Notes: generated by a model not told the origin, from the sequence alone. DNA of 16,145 bases from Tolypothrix carrinoi HA7290-LM1 (GCA_019358935.1 JAHHIK010000149.1:1-16145), one strand, 5' to 3'. Shown: positions 1 through 9,000, counted from the first letter of the stretch. Numbers and translations are program-made.

Positions 1-124
1 CTGCGGGAAGCATGAAGCAACTAGGTCAAGCGAAACGTCGAAAATCTCAGGCTGAAATTGCTAATAATGACTTGGGGAATGTAGAAACCCCAAGCTCAGG
101 CGAAGCCAGCTTGGGGTAGTTCAT
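1..124 (+). mobile_element. IS200/IS605 family element, right end (RE); includes the 3' part of the putative omegaRNA/reRNA scaffold
   Basis: Hairpin ACCCCAAGCT(87-96)-CA-GGC-GAA-GCC-AGCTTGGGGT(108-117). Guide tetranucleotide GAAA (84-87) at its foot and TCAT at 121-124 fit the IS608-type GR/CR pairing rule (IS608: GAAT/TCAA). Confidence 0.8.
3..119 (+). CDS. tnpB: 3' end of TnpB (IS200/IS605 RNA-guided endonuclease), partial; start lies upstream of the window
   Basis: Frame 3 reads AGSMKQLGQAKRRKSQAEIANNDLGNVETPSSGEASLG* (TAG at 117-119). The GSMKQLGQxKRxK tail resembles cyanobacterial TnpB C-termini (from recall), and the frame ends across an IS605-type right-end hairpin. Confidence 0.75.
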   Translation, partial: AGSMKQLGQAKRRKSQAEIANNDLGNVETPSSGEASLG

Positions 125-129
125 TAAAA

Positions 130-1209
130 TTACTTAAGCGATCGCTTACTTTTGTTAGCTGTCATTTTAGTTTCTACTTGCTGTAGTGCCCATCGCCAAA
201 CATCATATCCACGGGTTGACAAATGTAACCCATCTGTGGTTAAATCTTCTCGTAAATTGCCTTCAGAATCTGTAAACCAATTATGGATATTCAGATAATT
301 TACATGTTGTTCTTTGGCAATTTCGGCAAGCTGCTCGTTAATATGACGAATTCGGGTATTAGAAATTTTCGGCTGGCGAGTAGGCAAAATTGATTGGATA
401 ATTATTAAACTTTCTGGGTGACTTTGTTTTAATGTACGAATAATTCGGCGGTGATTACGCAAAATAGTTTCATCACTAACACCATTGCGTAAATCGTTGA
501 TTCCCGCCATGACGTAAATCACATCCGGTCGCGTTTTAGAAAAGAAAGATAATCTTTTTAATACACCACTGGAAGTATCTCCAGATATTCCTTGATTCAG
601 CCATAATTTCCCGGTGGGCAATTTTTGAGCGGGAAACCACATACTCAAAGAATCACCAACTAAAACATTGAGATGATTTGTTCCTTGACCAGTAGCGATC
701 GCTCGAGCTTCTAAGGCTAATAAAGTTTTCCAGTCCTGATAAGTTAGTTGATGTTTACTGCTCGATCGTCCAAGCGATCGTACATCATCATCCACCCGCG
801 TGTAAATCTGACCTATTTTCAGAGCATTTAATCTTTGGTAATAAAGTTGTTTACCCGATACCAGCGTGCGATCTACTGGTTCGGAATCCACGTTAAATGA
901 TGACTCTCTTGGCGCCGACAATACCTGATTGCTGAATTCTGGTGAGGAGATTTCCGCACTTGGGGCGATTTTCTCTTCTACAGTTGGTGGCAAACTTTCT
1001 TTAGTTGTCGATAACGGCTTGCTGAATTCTGGTAAGGAGATTTCCACACTAGGGATGATTTTCTCACCTACACTTGGCAGCGAAGCTTGTTTTAAATTCC
1101 ACAGCACTGGATGATTTTCTAGTTGAATCATCGATAACTGTGGAAGACCGGATGCTGGTATTGCCAACCCTGTCAACAAGCTTGCTGCCAACAGATAAGA
1201 ATCCCTCAT
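130..1209 (-). CDS. SGNH/GDSL-family hydrolase (lipase/acylhydrolase) with hydrophobic N-terminus, 359 aa
   Basis: SGNH blocks are present: LVGDSLS (catalytic Ser), NQGISGDT, MAGINDL and DGLHL (DxxH). Signal-peptide-like N-terminus LLAASLLTGLAIPA. AGGAG Shine-Dalgarno at 1221-1225 on the minus strand. Confidence 0.93.
   Translation of the reverse strand: MRDSYLLAASLLTGLAIPASGLPQLSMIQLENHPVLWNLKQASLPSVGEKIIPSVEISLPEFSKPLSTTKESLPPTVEEKIAPSAEISSPEFSNQVLSAPRESSFNVDSEPVDRTLVSGKQLYYQRLNALKIGQIYTRVDDDVRSLGRSSSKHQLTYQDWKTLLALEARAIATGQGTNHLNVLVGDSLSMWFPAQKLPTGKLWLNQGISGDTSSGVLKRLSFFSKTRPDVIYVMAGINDLRNGVSDETILRNHRRIIRTLKQSHPESLIIIQSILPTRQPKISNTRIRHINEQLAEIAKEQHVNYLNIHNWFTDSEGNLREDLTTDGLHLSTRGYDVWRWALQQVETKMTANKSKRSLK
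903..1082. repeat. Intragenic tandem duplication, 90-bp period (30 aa), in the GDSL linker
   Basis: GCTGAATTCTGGT(G/A)AGGAGATTTCC occurs at 931 and 1021. Protein units are EKIIPSVEISLPEFSKPLS and EKIAPSAEISSPEFSNQVLS. Confidence 0.9.
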
Positions 1210-1356
1210 CGTTTTTATCTCTCCTCTAGTCGCTGCTTTTTTTTAACACAGCTAGTAAATGCTGTCTTCAGGATAATTTTAGTTTCATTAAGAAAGAATT
1301 GAGAATACAGTTACGGCAGAATCCAGGATAATATCTCGCGCTTTGCGTAGGTTGTA

Positions 1357-1389
1357 TTCTGACTTCTGACTTGGTGACTTCTGACTTCT
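1357..1389. repeat. Short tandem heptamer repeat (TTCTGAC)n, STRR-like
   Basis: TTCTGAC TTCTGAC TTGGTGAC TTCTGAC TTCT; heptamer arrays are typical of heterocystous cyanobacteria. Confidence 0.75.
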
Positions 1390-1765
1390 TCATTAAATTA
1401 TTTTTATCTATATTGTCGGGTTATGTAAAGCTTGCTCACTCTCATTGCATTTAATTCTTTCTGACAAAAACAGTTTTGCCATTGGTAGACAAGCTTTATT
1501 TGTCCCAATCGCGCTTACCCGAAGCAACCCGTTTATTAACTACAACATCTCAGAATCTACAGTTTTTGTGCAAGCCTGTCAATATCGATTTCCACAAATT
1601 TTGATTTTGATGATGGTTTTGGGCGATCTGGGGCATTGCAAGTCTGCCCAATGCCTAACCCTCACCAATTATATTTATTTTTGCGCCCTTTACTTAACTA
1701 TTCACTCTTCTCAATAACGACTGCCGATAATATAACAGTTGGAAGCGCAAAACATATCTTATGTA

Positions 1766-1787
1766 GCGATAATTACTGAATTATCGC
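1766..1787. promoter_or_regulatory. Perfect 9-bp inverted repeat overlapping a GTA-N8-TAC (NtcA-like) box at 1763-1776
   Basis: GCGATAATT-ACTG-AATTATCGC; GTA-GCGATAAT-TAC. Function is not shown by the sequence. Confidence 0.35.
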
Positions 1788-1951
1788 ACTCTTAAATTCA
1801 GGAACTGGCAAAGTTTTTTGCGTAAGTCTTATATAATTATCCTGGAGAAAATTTATTGCCTTTTGTCGATTAATTTTTTCGGTATTCAAAAGTTATAAAT
1901 TAGAGGTTTAGCTCAAAACAAGTTCGCGCTTTGCAATGCTTTGTATTCTTT

Positions 1952-1985
1952 AGATCCCCGACTTCGAGCGAGAAGTCAGGGTTCT
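1952..1985. repeat. Palindromic dispersed repeat AGATCCCCGACTTC...GAAGTCGGGGATCT (degenerate copy)
   Basis: 14-bp arms with 2 mismatches and a 6-nt loop; recalled as a common Nostocales intergenic palindrome. Confidence 0.7.
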
Positions 1986-2031
1986 TGAGGGAATCTTGTT
2001 TTTTCACGAATCCTAAACGAACGTAATCAAA

Positions 2032-2066
2032 CGTAACTTAAAAATTTAGCCATTGCGAATTATACT
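2032..2066 (+). promoter_or_regulatory. Putative promoter of FHA copy 1: CGTAAC-N23-TATACT
   Basis: The same motif pair with 23- and 22-nt spacing lies upstream of copy 2 (5975-6009) and copy 3 (9692-9725). TATACT fits a -10 box. Confidence 0.55.
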
Positions 2067-2246
2067 GAACCAACAGATAAACTTAGTTTGTGGGTAGTTC
2101 AGTAGACTGTCAACATTGAAAGTCAACAAATGAACTTAACCTGTAGTTTGCGCTGTCTTCGCTAAAGCGCAAAATAAAACTATAGTATCAATTTTGACTA
2201 AAACACAAACGAGAAAGACTATATTTGATGGGGAAAGCTTTTAGTT

Positions 2247-5200
2247 ATGGTTCAGGACTGGAAAAAATTGGCGCTAGGGTTTATTTTCGCTCTCGGTGGA
2301 GCAACTTTTTCTATTAACTCTGCCTTTGCTCAACAAATTACCATAGATGGTACTCTGGGTCCTGAGCGAACTTTAACTGGACCAAACTACATCATTCCTC
2401 AAGCCTATGGTCAAACTGTAGGCAATAATTTATTTCAAAGTTTCGGACGCTTTAACCTCAACGCAGGTGAAAGTGCGAATTTTCAAAGTGATGTCAGCAT
2501 TAGAAATATTCTCTCGCGTGTCACCGGTGGCTTTGCCTCGACAATTGATGGTAGAATTTTTACCCAAAGTGGTGCTAATGTAAATCTTTTCTTCATCAAT
2601 CCCAGTGGAATCATCTTTGGTCCAAATGCACGTATCGATGTAGGAAGTGCAACCAGAGGTTCTTTTATTGCGACAACTGCTGATGCTTTAGTTTGGGCAA
2701 ATGGTTCGCAGTTCAGCGCAACTAATCCCAGAGGAGCGAGTAGCTTACTTACCATAGTAGGCGATCCTAGCGGATTTTTATCTTCTCTTGGACCACCGCA
2801 ACCAATTACTAGTTCGGGTAATAACCTCAGAGTCTTTGACGGTCAAAGTTTGTTGTTGCTAGGAGGAAATCTCACCTTAGATAACAGCAACTTACGGACA
2901 CAAGGAGGACGAGTAGAATTAGCAGGTATAGCGGATACTGGAACTGTCGGGCTAGAGGCAAATGGTAACATATTCAGCTTGAATATCCCAGATAATTTAG
3001 CCCGTGCTGATGTGTCGCTACAAAATCGCACTTCAATCGATGTAACCGCAGCAAATCAAGGTAATATTGCTATTGTCGGTCGCAATGTGGACATTATCGG
3101 CGGAAGTCAACTAAGAACCGGGATCGGGTCTGGGTTGGGTACGGTAAATAGTCAAGCTGGAGATATTACTGTTAATGCCACAGGAACAGTAACAATCAAT
3201 CAAGTTAGCAGACTAAGCAATACAGTTGCGAATAATGCTACAGGTAATGCTGGTAATATCAAAATTAAAGCTGGTGAAATTTCTATAACTAATTTGGCTA
3301 ACCCTCCGGCATTAGATGCTCAGAGTAGTGGACGAGGACGTTCTGGAAATGTATCATTACAAGCTAACAGCTCAATTTTTGTTACTGGGCAAAATGTCCG
3401 GAACACCGATTCGGTAATTTCCACTTTTAGTGGGGGTCAATCACTAGGTAGCGGAGATATAACAGTTAATGCAAGTGGTGGTATCTTTTTAAATAATGCC
3501 TTTTTTGGCGCTGCCAGCAATGGGGGAAATGGGGGAAACATATCACTCCAAGGTAATGAAATATCATTAGCAAATAATAGCTCCCTAGTCAGTGCAGCTT
3601 TTGCGCGAGGAAATTCTGGAAGCATTACACTCAACTCAACAGGTCCAATCTCGATTCAAAATACCTTGGTGAATACTGCTGGCGGTTCCAGCGCAAACAA
3701 TACTACAAATCTGCAAGTAGGCAATGCTGGTGATATAAATATTAGTGGGCGATCTGTTTCTATAACTGGTGAGTCGGAAATATCTTCAAGATCGTTTACG
3801 GGTGTGAACTCCGGCAATATAAATGTTAATGCGACAGAATTCGTTTCAATATCAGGTAATTCACGACGAATTCCCCGACCAGATAGCGATCGCGCTCGAA
3901 GCTTCCCAAATACTATACTCACAACAACCGCTGAAAGGAATTCTAGAGGCAATGCAGGTAATATCAGCATCAAATCTGGTGAAATTTTTATCAATAATCA
4001 GGCAAACAATGCAGCAGTAAGTACTACTAGTCAAGGACCAGGACGCGGTGGAAATGTATCTTTACAAGCTACTAGCGGTTCAATTTCTTTAATCGGACGG
4101 GATAGGCAAGCTAACGACCAGGTGATTTCTACCTCTGGTGGGACAAACTCACTAGGTAGCGGAAATATATCTCTTAACGCTAATGGCTCTATCTTGTTAG
4201 ATAATGCTCTCTTAAGAGCCAGTACTACTGGAGGTGACGCAGGAAGCATTTTAGTGCAAGGCAATGGGAGAGTATCTTTAGCAAATAATAGTGCCCTGAC
4301 AACAGAAGCTTTAGAACGAGGCAATGCCGATGCAATTACAGTTGAATCTTTTGGTCCGATCTCTTTGCAAAATAGCTTGATTGCCACAAATGTTGGAAGT
4401 CGATCTGACACAAGATCTAGAGAAGGACTAGGCAATGCTGGTAATATTAGAATCCAAGGGCGATCTGTTGCTGTAACTGCGGGGTCGGAAATATCATCTA
4501 GATCCTTTAGCGGTGCTAATTCCGGCAATATTGAGGTGAATGGCACAGAACAAGTGGACATCTCCGGGAGAGCATCGCAATTTCCCCGACGAGCAAGCGA
4601 TCGCGCTAACAGTTTTCCCTACACTACCCTAGCGACAACCAGCGAGCAATTAGCCAGTGGCGTCAGCGGAGACATCACAGTAAACACCCCTAATTTACGT
4701 ATATCAGATGGGGCAAGCGTCAGAGCAGACACTAGAAGTAACTTTAGTGGTGGCAGTGTAAATATTAATGCGAATGTCGTTGATATAACTAGCGGTGGAC
4801 AAATTTTTACCACAGCTTTTAGCAGTGGCAATGCAGGTAATATTACACTCAATGTGAGCGATCGCCTGAATATCTCAGGTAGAAATGCTTCGCTAGCTGA
4901 TATATTTAACCAAATAGCTCAAAGCAGTGGTAGAACGCAAGCTGAGTTTCAATTAGGTTCCGCTAATTCAAAAGCCGGAATATTCGCCAATACTTCACTT
5001 AACTCGACCGCTCAAGGAGGTAACTTAACAATTAACACTCCTTCGTTGCGAGTTCAAGATGGTGCAACAATCTCAGTCAGCAGTCCCCAAGGACAAGCAG
5101 GTAATTTGAACCTACGTGCTAAAACCATTCTTCTCAATCAAGGAAGTTTGACTGCGGAAACCGCAATTACACGCACTACTGCGGGAGCAAACATTACCCT

Positions 5201-5885
5201 ACAAGATGTTTCTTTGTTATTAATGCAAAATAATAGCCGTATCTCTGCTCAAGCCAATGGCACAGCCACAGGTGGTAATATTACCATTAATGCTCAGAAT
5301 GGTTTTGTGATTGCGCCTTTTGGACAAGATAGTGATATAATAGCTAGTGCTTCTGGTGGAAGAGGCGGTAATATTACAATCAACACCCAAGGGCTTTTTG
5401 GCTTTTTTGTTCGTCGAGCCATTCCCGGTAACGGTACTAACGATATTGATGCTAGTTCTGAATTTAACAATCCAGGTACGGTAGATATTAACACGCTGGA
5501 TATAGATCCCCAGCGTGGTTTGCTGCAATTGCCTACAAATGTAGTTGAAGTTTCCAGGCTAGTTGCCTCTAATTGTGGTGCGATCGCAGGCAAAAATGGT
5601 AGTAGCTTCACTTATACCGGACGTGGTGGTTTACCTATAAGCCCTGACGATCCCCTGACTAATGATGTAGTCTGGTCGGATACACGCTTAACCAATATCC
5701 GCAGCTTAGAGAATATCTCTACATCTACATCAAAGCCTCATAAACAAACAGCATCGGGCATCGCGATCGTACCTGCCACTGGTTGGGTATTCAATAAAGA
5801 AGGCGAAGTCACCCTAATTTCCGATGCATCTGTTGTCACTGCCCAAAGTTTGAGTTCTAATGCTTCTAGCTGCTCAACACCGTGA
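2247..5885 (+). CDS. Filamentous hemagglutinin-like TpsA-type exoprotein, copy 1 (1212 aa)
   Basis: Sec signal peptide (..SAFA/QQ). TPS/haemagglutination domain motifs NLFQSFGRFNL, NILSRVTGG and NLFFINPSGIIFG. G/N/S-rich beta-helix repeats (GNAGNI). Cyanobacterial C-terminal motif C..SSFTYTGRGGLP..PATGWVFN..GEVTL..C. Confidence 0.93.
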   Translation: MVQDWKKLALGFIFALGGATFSINSAFAQQITIDGTLGPERTLTGPNYIIPQAYGQTVGNNLFQSFGRFNLNAGESANFQSDVSIRNILSRVTGGFASTIDGRIFTQSGANVNLFFINPSGIIFGPNARIDVGSATRGSFIATTADALVWANGSQFSATNPRGASSLLTIVGDPSGFLSSLGPPQPITSSGNNLRVFDGQSLLLLGGNLTLDNSNLRTQGGRVELAGIADTGTVGLEANGNIFSLNIPDNLARADVSLQNRTSIDVTAANQGNIAIVGRNVDIIGGSQLRTGIGSGLGTVNSQAGDITVNATGTVTINQVSRLSNTVANNATGNAGNIKIKAGEISITNLANPPALDAQSSGRGRSGNVSLQANSSIFVTGQNVRNTDSVISTFSGGQSLGSGDITVNASGGIFLNNAFFGAASNGGNGGNISLQGNEISLANNSSLVSAAFARGNSGSITLNSTGPISIQNTLVNTAGGSSANNTTNLQVGNAGDINISGRSVSITGESEISSRSFTGVNSGNINVNATEFVSISGNSRRIPRPDSDRARSFPNTILTTTAERNSRGNAGNISIKSGEIFINNQANNAAVSTTSQGPGRGGNVSLQATSGSISLIGRDRQANDQVISTSGGTNSLGSGNISLNANGSILLDNALLRASTTGGDAGSILVQGNGRVSLANNSALTTEALERGNADAITVESFGPISLQNSLIATNVGSRSDTRSREGLGNAGNIRIQGRSVAVTAGSEISSRSFSGANSGNIEVNGTEQVDISGRASQFPRRASDRANSFPYTTLATTSEQLASGVSGDITVNTPNLRISDGASVRADTRSNFSGGSVNINANVVDITSGGQIFTTAFSSGNAGNITLNVSDRLNISGRNASLADIFNQIAQSSGRTQAEFQLGSANSKAGIFANTSLNSTAQGGNLTINTPSLRVQDGATISVSSPQGQAGNLNLRAKTILLNQGSLTAETAITRTTAGANITLQDVSLLLMQNNSRISAQANGTATGGNITINAQNGFVIAPFGQDSDIIASASGGRGGNITINTQGLFGFFVRRAIPGNGTNDIDASSEFNNPGTVDINTLDIDPQRGLLQLPTNVVEVSRLVASNCGAIAGKNGSSFTYTGRGGLPISPDDPLTNDVVWSDTRLTNIRSLENISTSTSKPHKQTASGIAIVPATGWVFNKEGEVTLISDASVVTAQSLSSNASSCSTP
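3246..4661 (+). repeat. Internal tandem duplication of ~235 aa (705-nt period) in FHA copy 1
   Basis: Units start NAGNIKIKAGEI (3246) and NAGNISIKSGEI (3951). Both contain SLGSG(D/N)I, SLANNS, GPIS(I/L)QN, GRSV, SEISSRSF and SDRA(R/N)SFP in the same order. Confidence 0.9.
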
Positions 5886-5890
5886 AGGCG

Positions 5891-5954
5891 TTAGCGAAGC
5901 TCGCCGTTGGCGTTCGCGGAGCGTGTCGCAGACAAGCCTCTCGTAGAGAAGGCG
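5891..5954. repeat. 64-bp SDR5-like nested mini-hairpin element at a HIP1 site
   Basis: Absent from the paralogous site at 9651-9665 (CGTGAAGGCG|ATCGC). Flanked by a GAAGGCG direct repeat (5884-5890, 5948-5954). Contains hairpins GCC-GTT-GGC, TGTC-GCA-GACA and TCTC-GTA-GAGA. Confidence 0.75.
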
Positions 5955-6076
5955 ATCGCTTTCTATCAATAAAACGTAACCTAAAAATGAACGCAACCGC
6001 AAATATACTGTATTTATCTATTGGTTTAGTAGTCCGCCACTGGGATAATTATTTAAGGAGCGAAAGGCTGTAAGTT

Positions 6077-9000
6077 ATGGTTCGCAACTGGAAACGATTG
6101 GGGCTAGGAGTACTTTTGGCTTTTGGTTACGCGATCGCTTTCACCACAAAATGTGCCGCTCAAAGCATCACCTTAGATGGTACTCTCGGTCCTCAAGGAA
6201 CCTTAAGCGGACCGAACTACATAATCCGCCAAGCAGATGGTCTACCTGTAGGTAATAATTTATTTCAAAGTTTCGGACGCTTCAACCTGAACGCAGGTGA
6301 GAGTGCGAATTTTTAGAGTGCAGCTAATATCCGCAATATTTTGTCTCGTGTTACAGGTGGTTCTACTTCCTTCATTGATGGTCGGATTTTCACCCAAAGG
6401 GGCAATGTAAATCTTTTCTTCATCAATCCCAGTGGCATCATCTTTGGTCCAAATGCAAGCTTGAATGTGGGAAGTGCAACTAGAGGCTCTTTTATCGCTA
6501 CGACTGCTAATGCTTTAGTTTGGGCAAATGGCAGCCAATTTAGTGCGACAAATCCGGGTGGAGCAAGTAGCTTGTTAACCATTGTCGGCGATCCCAGCGG
6601 ATTTTTATCAACCTTGAGAACACCACCACCAATAAATGTTTCTGGTAGTACGCTTGCCAATGGCAGTAGTTTTTTCAGCAATCCTTACAACGGTCAAAGC
6701 TTGCTGCTAGTAGGCGGTGACGTGAAAGTAGATAATGCAACATTAGAAGCTCCTGGTGGGCGAATTGAGTTGGGAGGATTCGCAGCACCCGGTACAATTG
6801 GGCTGACTACCAACGGTAATATTCTCAGCTTGAACTTCCCAGAAAATTTAGCACGAGCTTCGGTTTCGCTTACCAATGGCTCAAACGTCAGTGTTGCCTC
6901 TGGTGGTGGCGGTAGTATTGCCATTAACGCTGATGATATAGATATTTTGGGAGGAAGTAACCTGCGTGCAGGTATCAGCCCCCTTGCAGGAACCGATAAC
7001 GCTCAAGCGGGAGATGTCAACCTCAACGCTACAGGAACATTGCGAATCGAAAATAGCTCTGTTTACAACGCTGCTTTTGGTCGTGGAAATGCTGGCAACT
7101 TGCGCGTTGATACAGGAAAGTTGATTGTGCGGGATGGCGTATTAGCGACTGCTACTCTTTCTGGTGGTCGTTCTGGGGATTTGATTGTGAACGCTTCTGA
7201 GAGTGTGGAACTAACTGGCAGTCCCACGTCGAATGGTACGGTTGCCATTAATATTCTCAATACTTTCAATGTTAATGTTCCGATTGGCTTATTTTCGGCT
7301 TCAATAGATGCTCGGAATCTTCCTAATGTACGTCCTGAGTTCAATGAGTTCCTCCCAACAGCGGGTGGAGATGCCGGAAATTTAACTGTTAATACTGGAC
7401 GGTTGACTGTCTCTAATGGAGCAGTGGTATCGGCAGGTACTACCACCGCAGGGCGTACCGGAAATTTGAGCGTCAACGCTAGAGACTTTATAGAATTAAG
7501 TGGCACCTCACTTAATGATGCTCCTCCAGGACTGTTTACTATCGGAGGTAGAGTTCCTAGCGGATTGCGGAATGAAACTGCCGGTTTCGGATCTGGTGGC
7601 AACTTAACGATTAATACTGGGCGGTTGATTGTCCGTGATGGGGCACGGGTGACAACGGGTACTGCTGGCGAAATGCCAGGAGGGGAATTGACTGTGAATG
7701 CCTCGGAGTCTGTAGACGTAAGTGGTACTTCAGAAGCCAATCTTCCTAGCTTCTTCACTAGTGGAACACGCGGAGCGGCAGATGCCAAACCTCTGACTAT
7801 CAATACTCAACGGTTGAGCGTCCGTGATGGAGCAGTCATCTCTGCGGGTACTTCTGGCTCAGGACAGGGAGGAGCCTTGACTATAAATGCCTCTGAGTCT
7901 GTAGAACTAATTGGCACTTCAAGACAAGCATTGTCCGCCGAACTATTAAGCGAATTTACTGGAGTCGCTGGAGCCAGAGTATTTGTTGGTATCGTCGAGA
8001 ATAATCCGTTTCCCAGCGGCATAATTACTGGAAGCGCAGGTAACGGAAATGCTGGTAATTTAAATATTAATACTGGGTTTTTGTTAATCAAGGATGGGGC
8101 ACAGGCATCGGTTTCTACAGTAAGTGCAGGAAATGCGGGTTCTTTAAATATTCATGCCTCTTCTGTAAAATTGACTGGCACTTCACAACAAAGCCCGAAT
8201 CCTAATAACATATTAGGTCGGAGTCTGTTAACTACTGCTGTCAGTGAAAACTCTACTGGAAAGGGTGGTGATATAACAGTGCAAACCGACTCTCTAACTA
8301 TTTCCGACGGTGCTGTACTTACAGCTAGTACCAGCAAAGAGGGTAATGCAGGTAGAGTTACCATTGATGCCCGTGATGCAGTTTCTCTAGATGGGGTAGG
8401 AACGAATGGCTTCTCTAGTGGGGTGTTTACCAGCACTGAAAGTCAAGCAAATGGTGCAGGAGGAGCCATCACAGTGAAAACAGGAACATTTAGTTTGGCA
8501 AATGGAGCGGTTGTCAATGCTCAAACCTCAAATTCTCAAAAAGGGGGAAATGTAACTATTGAGGCAAACAGTTTTGATATCAAAAACGGCGGACAGGTGA
8601 TTACCACTACCCGTAGCAGTGGAAATGCAGGCGATATCACTCTCAAAGTTGCCGAAGGTATTACTATCAGTGGTAGCGATCGCACTTTTGCTGACCGATT
8701 TGCCCAATTTGGTGACACAATTGTTACCAATCAAGGTGCTGATAGTGGATTGTTTGCTAACACTTCCCCCAACTCAACGGCTTTTGGAGGTAACTTAACA
8801 ATTAACACTCGTTTGTTGCGAGTTCAAGATAATGCAACAATCTCAGTCAGCAGTCCCCAAGGACAAGCAGGTAATTTGAATATCACTGCTAAAACCATTC
8901 TTCTCAACCAAGGAAGTTTGACTGCGGAAACCGCAATTACACGCACTACTGCGGGAGCAAACATTACCCTACAAGATGTTTCTTTGTTATTAATGCAAAA

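Noticed and set aside
125..145. A second target for the putative TnpB guide elsewhere in the window
   Set aside because: Only short chance matches were seen by eye (e.g. TTACTTAA near 1690); no TAM-adjacent extended match.
1445..1717. 90-aa ORF in the intergenic region
   Set aside because: TTG start, no clear RBS, no recognisable motif, and it crosses a degenerate STRR-like inverted repeat (GGCATTG/CAATGCC, 1632-1655).
5882..6073. 63-aa ORF between FHA copies 1 and 2, a possible immunity-like gene
   Set aside because: It is built largely from the 64-bp repeat insertion and the promoter region, and is not preserved in the paralogous 9652-9792 spacer. The FHA C-termini are conserved rather than polymorphic toxin tips, so a CdiA/CdiI model is unsupported.
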